Origin: Thermodesulfobacteriota bacterium
GTDB lineage: Bacteria; Desulfobacterota; Desulfarculia; JACQYL01
NCBI GenBank assembly: GCA_963675595.2
Contig: CAXXLZ010000002.1
Coordinates: 480,001 to 544,000, forward strand
Length of the DNA stretch: 64,000 nt
Direction of reading: 5' to 3'
Shown: positions 18,788 through 28,785 of the stretch, piece after piece
How the letters are laid out: each line of letters opens with the position of its first letter
Position numbering within the stretch: position 1 is the stretch's first letter
Translations under genes and position numbers: made by a program
The notes under the pieces: generated by a model
Seen by the model: only the letters and a program-made list of their open reading frames with translations
Databases searched by the model: none
What the model was told of the DNA's origin: nothing

Positions 18788-19480
18788 TTACGGCTTGAAC
18801 TGAATGGGAATCACCACCCAAGTCGGTACGGGTTTGCCCTCGAAGATTCCGGGCTTGAAGCGCCATTTGGAGATCGCTTCGACGGCTCTCTGTTCGAAGA
18901 TGCCCTTCGGATCCGCACGCACAACGGAGATGTCCTCCACCTTGCCCACTTCATTCACGAGAAAGCGAAGCACAAGCATGCCTTCAATGCGTTTCTTCAA
19001 AGCGTCATGCGGATACACCGGAGGGATCTTTCTCAGGACCTGAGGCGGACGATCCACCTCGTCCATTTCAAAAGCGGTTCTCGCCGCCTGCAAAGCCCTC
19101 TGGGCCGCCGATTGCCCCGGCGCGCCCACCGCCATGCCCTGGTCGACATCCAGATCCAGGGGGATTTCGAATTCCGGCACTTCGAAATCCATGTTGATCT
19201 GCTCAGGCCGGGATTCCTTCTCAAAGAAAGCGGCTTTTTCCGGGAGCTGATCCTTCGGACGTTCCGGTTCCTTCTTTATTTCCTGCTCTCGCAGTATCTC
19301 TTTTGGGTCCGGCGGCTTATCGAAAGACACCACCATGGCCCATTCCACATCCTCCACTCGAGGCTTTTTCGTCTCGGAAAGCAGGGGAATGGAAAGGAAA
19401 AGAGAAATATTGATCAGCGCCGTGGCCAAGACAACGATAACACGATCCCGAAAGGGTGCTCTGATTTCCTGGATGCTCAT
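18788..19480 (-). CDS. tonB: TonB energy transducer
   Basis: N-terminal TM, P/E/K-rich linker, TonB-C domain YP..A....IEG, WRFKPG. Confidence 0.92.
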   Translation of the reverse strand: MSIQEIRAPFRDRVIVVLATALINISLFLSIPLLSETKKPRVEDVEWAMVVSFDKPPDPKEILREQEIKKEPERPKDQLPEKAAFFEKESRPEQINMDFEVPEFEIPLDLDVDQGMAVGAPGQSAAQRALQAARTAFEMDEVDRPPQVLRKIPPVYPHDALKKRIEGMLVLRFLVNEVGKVEDISVVRADPKGIFEQRAVEAISKWRFKPGIFEGKPVPTWVVIPIQFKP

Positions 19481-19516
19481 CCGGCTTGTTTCTCAGTCGA
19501 TCGGTTCATATCCCCG

Positions 19517-19930
19517 TCACTCTTCTCTGCGCGCGGCAATGCTTAAATTCTGCACACCGGCCAAACGACAAGCATCCAACACTTGGATGAGAATGTCCGT
19601 GTAGCTCTTTCGGTCCGCGGCGATGACCACCGATCCTTTGGGCGTCTCAAGCAGATACTGCTCCATTCGAGATCGAACCGAGCGTACGTCGATGGGTTTG
19701 CCCTCGACGTACACCTCCCCCTTGGAGGTAATTCCCACGACCATGTTGGCTTGGTCTCGGGGTTTGGCGGAATCGGCCACAGGCCGGTCCACCTCGACGC
19801 CCGCCTCTCTGACGAAACTGGTGGTCACCATGAAGAAGATCAGGAGGATAAAGATCATGTCGATCAGCGGGGTCATGTTCAACTCGGCGGTTTTCGAACG
19901 CCTTTGCCGAACGTTGCGATAATAGCTCAT
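19517..19930 (-). CDS. exbD: ExbD/TolR
   Basis: NMTPLIDMIFILLIFFMVT motif. Confidence 0.94.
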   Translation of the reverse strand: MSYYRNVRQRRSKTAELNMTPLIDMIFILLIFFMVTTSFVREAGVEVDRPVADSAKPRDQANMVVGITSKGEVYVEGKPIDVRSVRSRMEQYLLETPKGSVVIAADRKSYTDILIQVLDACRLAGVQNLSIAARREE

Positions 19931-19948
19931 GATAAAGACTCCGTTGCC

Positions 19949-20557
19949 CTAGCCGATCTGCAACGTACGTTGAAGATTCAGGGTGAACCGCTCGACACGG
20001 CCTTTGGCGTTTTCGGCGCGGCGCCTGAGAAAATTGCCTATGAACAACCCCGGAACGGCCACGATGAGGCCGGTCTGGGTGGTGATCAGCGCTTCCGAAA
20101 TGCCGCCCGCCATCGCTCTGGCATTCCCCGTACCGAACTGGGAGATGACGTCGAACGTTTCGATCATACCGATGACGGTTCCCAGGAGCCCCAGAAGCGG
20201 GGACAGGAAGCTGAGCACCAGGATCGTGGAAACCGAGCGATCGAACCAGGCTTCCTGCTTTCGCACCACGGGCTCCAGCGTTTTCGGCTTGATCGGTCTT
20301 CCCGAACGACGCAGTTCCCAGAGGAGGCTCATGATCTCCTTTTGCCAGGGCGCCGCGGCGAAGTCCGGGTCTCCGAGATGCTCGATACATTCGGCGGAAG
20401 GCTTTTCCAGTTTGCGTGATCGTTGAAGCTCCAGCCATTTGCCGATAATCAGCCCCCACATCCAGAAGGAAATGAGGATAATGGGGATCAGCACGCCTCC
20501 GCCGCTTTGAAGGTAGTCCAGCGTATTGATGAAAAGGTCACGCAACACCGGGTTCAC
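19949..20557 (-). CDS. exbB: ExbB/TolQ proton channel
   Basis: PLLGLLGTVIGMI, GISEALITTQTGL. Confidence 0.92.
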   Translation of the reverse strand: MNPVLRDLFINTLDYLQSGGGVLIPIILISFWMWGLIIGKWLELQRSRKLEKPSAECIEHLGDPDFAAAPWQKEIMSLLWELRRSGRPIKPKTLEPVVRKQEAWFDRSVSTILVLSFLSPLLGLLGTVIGMIETFDVISQFGTGNARAMAGGISEALITTQTGLIVAVPGLFIGNFLRRRAENAKGRVERFTLNLQRTLQIG

Positions 20558-21974
20558 AACCTCCTCTTATGGCTCCTTCCTTCAGTATCTCCAGGGAGAA
20601 GGCGGTGCCTTTTTCATCGATATCGGCCACGATTTTGTCCACCCGGCGTTCGAGAAAGTGGTGCATCAGTATGATGGGGATGGCAATGGCCAAACCGAGC
20701 TGGGTGGTGACCAGCGCCTCGGAAATGCCTCCGGACATCATTTTGGGATCGCCCGTGCCGAAGATGGTGATCACCTGAAAGGTGTTGATCATGCCGGTAA
20801 CCGTGCCCAGAAGCCCCAACAGCGGGGCAACGGCCCCCAACACGGCGAGGGTGGGAAGGAACCGCTCCAGCCGCGGCACGATGGCCGAGATCCCTTCCTG
20901 GATCGAATTCTCGACGACTTCCTGGGAAGAACCGATGTGATCCAGGGCCGCGGCGAACACCCGGCACGTCGGAAACCGTTTGTTGCCGGTGCAGTAATCT
21001 CTGATTTTGTCGTACTCGCCTTTCTGAATGAGCCCACGTACAAAGGTCATCACTCGATCGGAATTGGATCGGATGGACAGGAGATAGAACAAACGCTCAA
21101 GAGCCAGAATCAACGCCAAGGCGCCTACGGCAAAAATGGGCCACACCAGAATTCCGCCGGAACGGATCCAGTCACCCAGGCTTTTTTCTTTGGTGATCCG
21201 TTTGAAAACCGTGCCTCCTGAGATGTCCACCGGCAGATGATCGGTTTCGCCCGACAAGTAATCCTCCAACCTGCCGATAACGCTCCAGGAAGGATCTCCC
21301 GGAATCGCGGCCAAAGTCCCCTCTTCCTGAACGTCGAGATAGCCCGTCTTGCCATCCGGAAGCCGGTACACCGCACAAATGGACCCGATGCGCACCACCC
21401 GGGCCTCCTGCTCCCTGCCTTCCTTCGTCAGGATGGAACCTTCGCGGGACACGATGTCCCCCGAGTCCCGCATTTCGCCCAGCAGCACGCCGACCACGGC
21501 TTGGATTCCTTCAATGCCCGGAAATCGCTCTTTTGAGAGGAGCGGCACCAGGGCCTCAAGTCGTTCGGGATGCTCGGCAGTGGCGGGGCTTCGATCCAGC
21601 AGGGTCCTCGCTTTGGAGGCGGAAGTGAACACCGCGTCCTCGATTTTTCTGATCTCGTCTTGCTGCGCTTCCAGAGCATTCCGAAGCTCATCCTCCTGGA
21701 ACAGGAGTGACTGAAGACGCTTCTGCCTGCCGTCCAACACGGACTGGGCTGCGTTGAGCTTTTCCTTGAGAGCCTTCAACTCGGCGGAGAGCCGCTCCTG
21801 ATCCATTTCGACCAATGCCGCCGTTTCCCTGGCCTGGGCCTCGGCAACCTCCGCGTCCTCACTCACTTCAGCCGCCGCCCCCTCCCACGTCTGTTCCGAG
21901 GCGGCGTAACCCGACAAGCACCAAACGACCAGGGCCGGGATCACGGCAATCTGAATCCAAAATTTCCTCTTCAT
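20538..21974 (-). CDS. Long ExbB-like protein with periplasmic coiled-coil (TtpC-like)
   Basis: Signal peptide, coiled coil, RIG motif, C-terminal PLLGLLGTVTGMI/GGISEALVTT. Confidence 0.9.
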   Translation of the reverse strand: MKRKFWIQIAVIPALVVWCLSGYAASEQTWEGAAAEVSEDAEVAEAQARETAALVEMDQERLSAELKALKEKLNAAQSVLDGRQKRLQSLLFQEDELRNALEAQQDEIRKIEDAVFTSASKARTLLDRSPATAEHPERLEALVPLLSKERFPGIEGIQAVVGVLLGEMRDSGDIVSREGSILTKEGREQEARVVRIGSICAVYRLPDGKTGYLDVQEEGTLAAIPGDPSWSVIGRLEDYLSGETDHLPVDISGGTVFKRITKEKSLGDWIRSGGILVWPIFAVGALALILALERLFYLLSIRSNSDRVMTFVRGLIQKGEYDKIRDYCTGNKRFPTCRVFAAALDHIGSSQEVVENSIQEGISAIVPRLERFLPTLAVLGAVAPLLGLLGTVTGMINTFQVITIFGTGDPKMMSGGISEALVTTQLGLAIAIPIILMHHFLERRVDKIVADIDEKGTAFSLEILKEGAIRGGCEPGVA

Positions 21975-22738
21975 CGAACCGGCCCTCCCACGGGAAGATC
22001 CACCAAATCCACCGCCTTCTTTTGTGCGGCCATGTTGATCGCGTCACGCACCGCGAGTGTGAAATCCTGCGAAAGCGGTTCCCAGGAGCCGGTCTCCTCG
22101 TTCCAACGCCCCAAATGTTTTCCATCACGGGAGCGGAAGAACATGGCCACTCGACCCACTCTTAAGATTTCGGCGCGAACCTTCTTGCCGTCGAAATCCA
22201 GAGTCTCCGTGGTCACGTCCACCGTCTGCCCGAACTTGGTTTCGACCTCCAGCGCTTCCAGCACCCGCTGCAGCTTGTCGCTCAAAGACAGATGGTAATT
22301 GTTCAAGGCATCCTTCATGAAACCGATGCGGCTTTCCCGTTCTTCCCGAAGGAAAGGGATGTCCTCCGAAACGAAGGTTCGAAGCTCCTCGACAACCCGG
22401 TCCAAATAAGGTTCCAGCGATCGCCTGATGTTGTCCATTTCCGCTTCTTTGCGACGAAGCTCCTTGAGCAGATCCTCTTCCTGGTCGATGTATGCGGCGT
22501 ATTTGTCGTTCTGATAATTGACCCACTCGAGGTTCGTGTCGATCTGCTGGATTTCCGCCAACAGGGCCTGTCGTTCTTCGCTCCAACGATCCGCCTTTTC
22601 CTGAACCTTGACCTGCTCCCGTATGGCGCCGGTCATCTTTTCGTGAACTTCCAAATCGCCTGCCGGGCCGTCGCAAACCGGACCCAGGGAAAACAGGCAG
22701 GCGGAAAACGTTATGATGAATGTCTTTCTCCAGATCAT
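21971..22738 (-). CDS. DUF3450-family periplasmic protein (TtpB-like)
   Basis: Signal peptide, coiled coil, DIPFLREER, LRVGRVAMF, VDLP; position in the TonB2-type operon. Confidence 0.85.
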   Translation of the reverse strand: MIWRKTFIITFSACLFSLGPVCDGPAGDLEVHEKMTGAIREQVKVQEKADRWSEERQALLAEIQQIDTNLEWVNYQNDKYAAYIDQEEDLLKELRRKEAEMDNIRRSLEPYLDRVVEELRTFVSEDIPFLREERESRIGFMKDALNNYHLSLSDKLQRVLEALEVETKFGQTVDVTTETLDFDGKKVRAEILRVGRVAMFFRSRDGKHLGRWNEETGSWEPLSQDFTLAVRDAINMAAQKKAVDLVDLPVGGPVR

Positions 22739-22782
22739 CGGCAATATCCTGTCCGAAGCCTTTTTGGCTCGGGAAATGGGTT

Positions 22783-22806
22783 GGGACGCCGCGGCCGCGA
22801 CGTCCC
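22783..22806 (-). promoter_or_regulatory. GC-rich intercistronic hairpin
   Basis: GGGACGCCGC-GGCC-GCGACGTCCC just downstream of the beta-helix gene; possible mRNA step-down element. Confidence 0.4.
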
Positions 22807-22843
22807 GACCGGACCGGACGAACCGGTTCCTTGGTGTTGATGC

Positions 22844-24496
22844 TTATTCCGTGCCCACGAACACGGGACCGGCGAGTTTCCATATCTTGTTGTTGGTAAG
22901 CCGGGCGTCGGATGTCATGTCGCCCGAGGCGATGGTGCAGGAACCGTCGCCGTTGTCCGTAACGGCCAGTCCGCCCATGGTGCTCGGGCAGGCGCTCGCG
23001 GTGTCGATCATATCGGGGCTCCAGATTCCCGCTTCGGCGCTGTTGCCTCCGTAGGGAATGGTCCAGCCGTCTTCCCAACCGCTTGCGGCGTTGGGATCAA
23101 AGGCGCCCACGAAATTCACGTTTTCGAAGAAGGCGTCCCCGATGATCGACGTGGAGGCGCCGGATTTCAGTGCTGCGGGAGAGGAGGCGGTCAGGTGCAG
23201 ATCCGTGCCCAACTGAGGATCCTGGGAAGCGATGTTGCTCTGGTTGTTGAACCAGTCGGAAACCAGGAACGGGTCCCCGTCTTCGTCCTCGAAGAGGGCT
23301 CCGCCCGCTTCGTACACCATGGAATTCACCATGGTGAGTTCCGTGGGAGAGGTGGCGTTGGGCGCGTTGGCAAAGGTCTCGTCGCTGTCGATATCGATCT
23401 GACCCTTTCCAAAACCGTCCACGATGAAGTTATAGAAATTACCTGCGGTTCCCCGGCGGAGCAGCATACCGAAACCGTTGCCCTCGTATCCTTTCAAAGT
23501 CATGTTGGCGATGACCGGGTGGGAGCGGGGCAGAGCGGTGTTGTCGGATTCCAGGTTGTCCGCTTCGATGCCCTGATCGCCGCTGAACTGATTCTTATGA
23601 ACGTGCACGAACTGAACCTTGCCGACCCAGCCGTCGGTCCAGTCAAGACTGTCGTCTTCGTTTTCGGTCAGGTAGACATGTTTGGCGTTCACCGTGCCGC
23701 CGAAAAACTCGACGCCGTCGTCTTTGTTCTTGTGTACCTGAATATAGTTCACGGTGGTGCCGGACCCCACGCCCTGGAAGGCGATCCCGTTCAACTCGGT
23801 TTCAGGGTCGAATGCGTAACCCGCGTGAGCCACCACCACGTACTGCAGGATGCCGCTACTGTCTTCGGGGTCCTCTCCGCCGTAGGTTCCGGTATCCGCT
23901 TCACCCAGGGCCGTAGCGCCACGGTTGATGGGAGCGTAACCGTTCAGGATCAAGCCGCCCCACTCTTCCGAGCCCGACTCCAGGGAACCGGTCATGAGGA
24001 TCGGATATTCCCGGGTACCCACCGCATAGAGACGCGCGCCCCGGCGAACGGCCAGAAAAGAGATGCCCTGTTCCTGAAGACCGACGACCTTGGTACCGGG
24101 TTCGATCACCAGGCTCACCGCACTGTCCGGAATCGAGGAGGCGGAAGCGCAATCGCCCATGAAGGCCCTCGTGAGAGCATAGGTTGTGGCTTGAGACTGG
24201 ATGTTCAAGATGCCGGTGGCGGAGGTGTCGTCGGCAAAGGCAATGGACAGGTAGGCGCGCATTCCGAACATGTCTGCGGCGAAAAAGCCGTCGCTGGTGT
24301 CCCCGTCGAGAAACACGTAGAACGTGGCGCCGTCCTGGGTCGCAATGGCGATGGCGGAGCCGGTGTCATAGGTTTGCACGTAGATGTTGATGCTTTGATC
24401 CGCCGGTTTCCAGATACCGGAAACGCCGGCGAAACCCACCCCGGATGCCAGTATCACGAGGGCGATTGCAAGAACGGCACTTATCGTCTTCTTCAT
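22844..24496 (-). CDS. Secreted acidic beta-helix-type protein associated with the TonB-dependent receptor
   Basis: 550 aa from ATG 24496; SPI signal; IEPGT, WGGLILNG, DSSGILQYV, ELNGIAFQGVGSGT, DDGVEFFGG, DDSLDW, GIEADN motifs. Confidence 0.85.
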   Translation of the reverse strand: MKKTISAVLAIALVILASGVGFAGVSGIWKPADQSINIYVQTYDTGSAIAIATQDGATFYVFLDGDTSDGFFAADMFGMRAYLSIAFADDTSATGILNIQSQATTYALTRAFMGDCASASSIPDSAVSLVIEPGTKVVGLQEQGISFLAVRRGARLYAVGTREYPILMTGSLESGSEEWGGLILNGYAPINRGATALGEADTGTYGGEDPEDSSGILQYVVVAHAGYAFDPETELNGIAFQGVGSGTTVNYIQVHKNKDDGVEFFGGTVNAKHVYLTENEDDSLDWTDGWVGKVQFVHVHKNQFSGDQGIEADNLESDNTALPRSHPVIANMTLKGYEGNGFGMLLRRGTAGNFYNFIVDGFGKGQIDIDSDETFANAPNATSPTELTMVNSMVYEAGGALFEDEDGDPFLVSDWFNNQSNIASQDPQLGTDLHLTASSPAALKSGASTSIIGDAFFENVNFVGAFDPNAASGWEDGWTIPYGGNSAEAGIWSPDMIDTASACPSTMGGLAVTDNGDGSCTIASGDMTSDARLTNNKIWKLAGPVFVGTE

Positions 24497-24923
24497 GTTG
24501 TCCCCTTTTGAGCCTTTTGGCCCCAACGAATGATGCGTTGGTTGCGCGCTTCGTTTACAGATTGTTCTCATCGGATTTCCGCAGACGGTTTCCCGTCGAC
24601 TTCAGGGTGCTCTTTCATGCTTTCCGAAAAAAGCCGCCCTTTCGGGTCCGCTTTCACTCACTCCAATACCGCCCGCGAATCAAGGAACTGCAAGCCTTTC
24701 GAACGGATTCCCTTATCACCTCCCGTCCATGCCACCCGAGGGCGGACCGTTGATCGGTTCAACCGGATATTGTTCGCTCCTCACAAAACTGAACGCTTTG
24801 AGCGAAACCGTTGCCGAACCCATTGACGTTTCCCGTTACGTCCCGATCGTCGTTGAGGTTTTTCCCTGCATGAAAGTCGGCCGGAAGCGCGGACGCCGAG
24901 TCTCCGGGAATCAAGCGTGAAGA

Positions 24924-27809
24924 TCAGAACAACGCGTACTCCAATCCCACGGTGAACTTTCTGCCTTTCCGAAAACTCCTGGTCGTTACGCCGCCTTGGG
25001 TATACTCGTCCCTAGGGTCCAACAGATTTTCCGCTTCAAATCGGATGGTAAGGTCTTCGGCGAGCTTGTAGCTGAGCACATAATCCAACTGGTAGAACGG
25101 TTCTCTAAACTGGTCGGGCAGGTCGTCGGTACCCACCGCGTCGATGGTCTTTCCCTGCACATTCAGCAGCAAAAGAGACAGCAGGCCGAGTCCCTGATCG
25201 TCATATCCGATCATGAAGTTCATCAGGTATTCGGGCTGTCCCTGAAGGGGATGCTTGTTGTTGGTGACGTCCACTTCCAGGTCCGATCTGCCCTCTCCCA
25301 CTTCGGCCTCGGATTTGATGTAGGTGAAGTTGGCCCCCACGAAGAAGTTGAACAAAGCGTCGTGAATGAAACTCAGATTCTTGTTGAGTTCGAGTTCGAA
25401 GCCGTAGAGGTAGGCGCTGTCCGCGTTGATGTAGGTTCGTTCCTCCTGAACGCTCTCCACCTGCACCCGCTCGATGGGGTTGGTGAAGGTCTTGTAGAAA
25501 ACGCTGATCGATGCGATCTCATCGGGCGAAAAGAAGTGCTCCAACCGGAGATCGTAATTCTTGATATGGGCTTCCTGAAGGTCGGGATTCCCTCGTACGA
25601 TACGCTTGGTTACCGGATCAAAGAAGGGGGCCCTGGAGAGTTCCTTGAAATCGGGCCGGCACAGGGTCTCCCCGTAGGCCGCCCGGAGCTTGGTTTCGTC
25701 GTCGATGAACCAAGTACCCGAAACGGCCGGGAGGTAGTCCCGGTTGTCCAAATCCTGGTCGATTTCCGTGCCGGCGAGTTCGAACGTATCGATGTTCAGG
25801 TGTGAATCCTCGAAACGGATCCCCCCGGTAATCCCGAACGCGTCGTTGATCCGTACATCGGCCATGCCGTAGACGGCGTTGATCCGTTCCAATGCGCTGT
25901 ATTTGTCCGACGGTTGGGTGGTCTCTCGAAGTTCGAAAATCCCGGCGTCGAAGTTTTCGTCCGTCAGAATGTCCTCGAGGGACTCTTCGCTTCGGATGAT
26001 TTCGTAGGCCTTCTGCAGGTCCTTGTGGGTAAATCGGAACCGGCGTATGGTCGAGTCTCTTTTCCGAAAAGTGTGCCTGTAGCCCGTCTTGAGAGTCAGT
26101 TCTTTGACGAAGCCCGGTTCCAGAGGCAAAGAGGCGTCGGCCGAAAAATCGTGGCTGTCGTCGTCCATGTTCTTGTAGTTTCGTTCATCCTGCCCGTACC
26201 CTCCAAACAGGGCCCATTCCTGTCGATCGTCTTCAAGAAAGTAGTGGGTGATTCTCTCGTCCGGAACGAAATATCTCCCATGAGCGTAGGTGTACGACCA
26301 GTCGATTCCAAGATCGGACGCTTCCGGAAACAGATGGGTCCCGGAAATCTGCTGAACCAGGAGGGAGCGCTCCACCCAACTCAAGCTGGTTTGACGGATG
26401 TACGCGTCCTCATCGTCGACGAAACCCACGTCGTCGCGCGCCGTGTCGGAAGTGTTCCGCAGGTAGAGCGTTGTCGTGCTGAGTTTGTGATCACGGAAGA
26501 GCTCCGTTCCGAGATTGAGGAGCCCGGAGGTGACGATTTTTCTTTCCGTCCAGTTGTAGTCCCAGTCGTCCCCGACTTCCACGCCGCTGTGGCCGAGATT
26601 CAGTTTCTTAAATATCTCGTCGGTTTGCGTCATCCAGCTTTGCTTGTATTTCAGGCCCATGGTGTAACCCAGAACAACGTCTCCGTCGGCCGCGTCGAAT
26701 CGGTCGCCGATGTTGAAGCCGAGGTCCAGGTCGGGTGGGATGGTCTTCTTCTCCACGTCGTAGATGTCGGAAAAGGACTTGCCGAACTCCTTCAGCTCAT
26801 CCGCGGTGTATTTCACCGTCTGAATCTTCTCGTCGGGGATGATCTCAGGCAAAGACCGGGTGCCGTCGTCGGCTCCAAGAAAATCCAAACCGCCTCCCTC
26901 GTAGCGATAACCGTCCTTGAACGTGGTGTTCGTCTGGTAGGCCGTGGATGCGGACAACGTGGCGAAGAAGCGGTCGGGATAGGTCTTGGTTCGCAGCAGG
27001 ATGTTGCCCCCGCCGAAAGCGCCCGGAAGATCCGGCGAGTAGGATTTCTGTATGACGGCCGCTTCCAGCACGCCGGTGGGGATCAAGTCCAGTTCGATAA
27101 CGCGGCGGTTGGGGTCCGTGCCGGCCAGATTCGCTCCGTTCAACAGGACGCTGGAATAACGCTCCCCCATGCCGCGAACGTAGACGTATTTGCCTTCGGC
27201 GAGATTCAGTCCGGTCACCCTGCGCAGCGCCTGGGCGATGTCCGAATCACCCGCTCTGGACATCTCTTCCGCGCTAAGTACGTCCACCACGGAGGGTGCG
27301 GCCCGTTTTTCCTCAAGAAGTGAAGGAATACTCCCGGCAATTTGCGAGCCGGACACCACCATCACCGACATTTTGTACATGTCCGTGAGCTGTACATTCC
27401 TCACCGTTGGTCGGTCTTCGACCACGGCCACGTCCCTGATCTTCTTGGGAAGGAAGTCCATGTGACTGAAGGAAAGTTTGTAGACACCAACGGGCAAAGT
27501 AAGCTCGAATCGGCCGTCGGAGTCGCTCACGGTATCGACTTGAGCTTCTTCAACGACAATGCCGACTCCGGCAATCGGCTCATTCGTCTTGTTACAGGTG
27601 ATCCTGCCGCTTAGCGTCCCAACTGAAGCCGATGTCGATCCTTTGAAATCCGACTTGATCTTTCGAATACCCGAGGACGCTGCTCTCTTTGGTGAGGCAT
27701 CTTCCGATCCCGCATGTCCTATCGTTGGAGCGTTTGCCCATGTTAAGGCGATCAATGCAAACGTAAGACACAAGTGGAAAAACTTGTTGGTATAGAATCG
27801 TATTATCAT
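24924..27809 (-). CDS. TonB-dependent receptor with N-terminal carboxypeptidase-regulatory-like domain
   Basis: 961 aa; plug motifs ALRRVTG, VRGMGERY, LDLIP, KSYSPD; barrel motifs RPDFKEL, GNPDL, ENLLD; terminal Phe. Confidence 0.94.
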   Translation of the reverse strand: MIIRFYTNKFFHLCLTFALIALTWANAPTIGHAGSEDASPKRAASSGIRKIKSDFKGSTSASVGTLSGRITCNKTNEPIAGVGIVVEEAQVDTVSDSDGRFELTLPVGVYKLSFSHMDFLPKKIRDVAVVEDRPTVRNVQLTDMYKMSVMVVSGSQIAGSIPSLLEEKRAAPSVVDVLSAEEMSRAGDSDIAQALRRVTGLNLAEGKYVYVRGMGERYSSVLLNGANLAGTDPNRRVIELDLIPTGVLEAAVIQKSYSPDLPGAFGGGNILLRTKTYPDRFFATLSASTAYQTNTTFKDGYRYEGGGLDFLGADDGTRSLPEIIPDEKIQTVKYTADELKEFGKSFSDIYDVEKKTIPPDLDLGFNIGDRFDAADGDVVLGYTMGLKYKQSWMTQTDEIFKKLNLGHSGVEVGDDWDYNWTERKIVTSGLLNLGTELFRDHKLSTTTLYLRNTSDTARDDVGFVDDEDAYIRQTSLSWVERSLLVQQISGTHLFPEASDLGIDWSYTYAHGRYFVPDERITHYFLEDDRQEWALFGGYGQDERNYKNMDDDSHDFSADASLPLEPGFVKELTLKTGYRHTFRKRDSTIRRFRFTHKDLQKAYEIIRSEESLEDILTDENFDAGIFELRETTQPSDKYSALERINAVYGMADVRINDAFGITGGIRFEDSHLNIDTFELAGTEIDQDLDNRDYLPAVSGTWFIDDETKLRAAYGETLCRPDFKELSRAPFFDPVTKRIVRGNPDLQEAHIKNYDLRLEHFFSPDEIASISVFYKTFTNPIERVQVESVQEERTYINADSAYLYGFELELNKNLSFIHDALFNFFVGANFTYIKSEAEVGEGRSDLEVDVTNNKHPLQGQPEYLMNFMIGYDDQGLGLLSLLLLNVQGKTIDAVGTDDLPDQFREPFYQLDYVLSYKLAEDLTIRFEAENLLDPRDEYTQGGVTTRSFRKGRKFTVGLEYALF

Positions 27810-27998
27810 TCGGATATCTATTATCGGAATATAGCAATGAGGTTGTTTGCGGAATAAGCTAATCGACTATATGATCGATTTACGAAGATGGATCATTTGA
27901 TCGGCATGTCGTCCTATCCCAAAAATACGGAATAATTCAGCGTAACAGAACCGACAAAAAGTCGTTGAATTCCCGCTTTTGTCCCGATAGGCATCTAG

Positions 27999-28016
27999 AT
28001 GAAATCGTGATGACAG
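27999..28016 (-). promoter_or_regulatory. Pho-box-like site (proximal)
   Basis: Minus strand CTGTCAT-cacg-ATTTCAT; 11-bp period as in PhoB boxes. Confidence 0.55.
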
Positions 28017-28055
28017 GATCGAGGTCGGATAATACGGCTTAAGAAGAAGATAAAA

Positions 28056-28084
28056 GTGACGAAAATATGAAATATAGGTCACAT
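28056..28084 (-). promoter_or_regulatory. Pho-box-like array (distal, three units)
   Basis: Minus strand ATGTGAC-ctat-ATTTCAT-attt-TCGTCAC; exact 11-bp period with AT-rich spacers. Confidence 0.5.
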
Positions 28085-28471
28085 GTTTATTCTTGGTCTT
28101 GGGGCAACCTTGGTAGCGGTCACTTCCGGGGAGTTTTCGGAACGGACGTCCGGAATCCGAGCCACAGACTCGTACCCGGTGCGCAGGGGCCGTGCCGGGC
28201 GTGTTTCCGCGGCAGGATCCCTCGGCGTATGGCTCGTACGAAGAACGCCGAGAGAGAGTCGGGCCGACTTTCGAAGTCCGACGCTAAGGAGAGAAAATTC
28301 GGAAAGAGACGGGAGCGTTCTTTAATCCCGGAAGTCCCTCTTACCCAAAGAAGAAATGGATTGAAGCCCGGGAATTCAGGGCGGGGAGGAGGCGGACGTG
28401 GGGCCGGAGAAGGTTCGTCCGGCATGCCCGACCCGCCTCAAAGGTAAGGTGCGCGGAGTATCGCGACGGGG

Positions 28472-28726
28472 TCAGCGGTACCGGATTCTCAAAATGAGCG
28501 CCGTGAGCACGAGCGTGAGGGTGACCGCGTTGGCCGCGATCACGGGCAAGGACCGGATGAGGATCCCGTAGACGGTCCAAAGGCTTACGCCGGTCAGAAA
28601 AATGGAAAGCATCAGGTACGAAACATCCTTGACGGATTTGGTCCTCCACATTCCGACCACTTGCGGAAGAAAGGCCGTGGTGGTCAGTGTTCCCGCCGCC
28701 ATACCTATGAAGTCGATCCAGCTCAT
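28472..28726 (-). CDS. SemiSWEET/PQ-loop transporter
   Basis: 84 aa from ATG 28726; TTTAFLPQV, KDVS, LWTVYG, PVIAAN. Confidence 0.9.
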   Translation of the reverse strand: MSWIDFIGMAAGTLTTTAFLPQVVGMWRTKSVKDVSYLMLSIFLTGVSLWTVYGILIRSLPVIAANAVTLTLVLTALILRIRYR

Positions 28727-28785
28727 GGATTTGCGCTCCCACGGGCGAATGAGGGGACCTCGTCGCCCGAGAAAAAGAACGTCCT

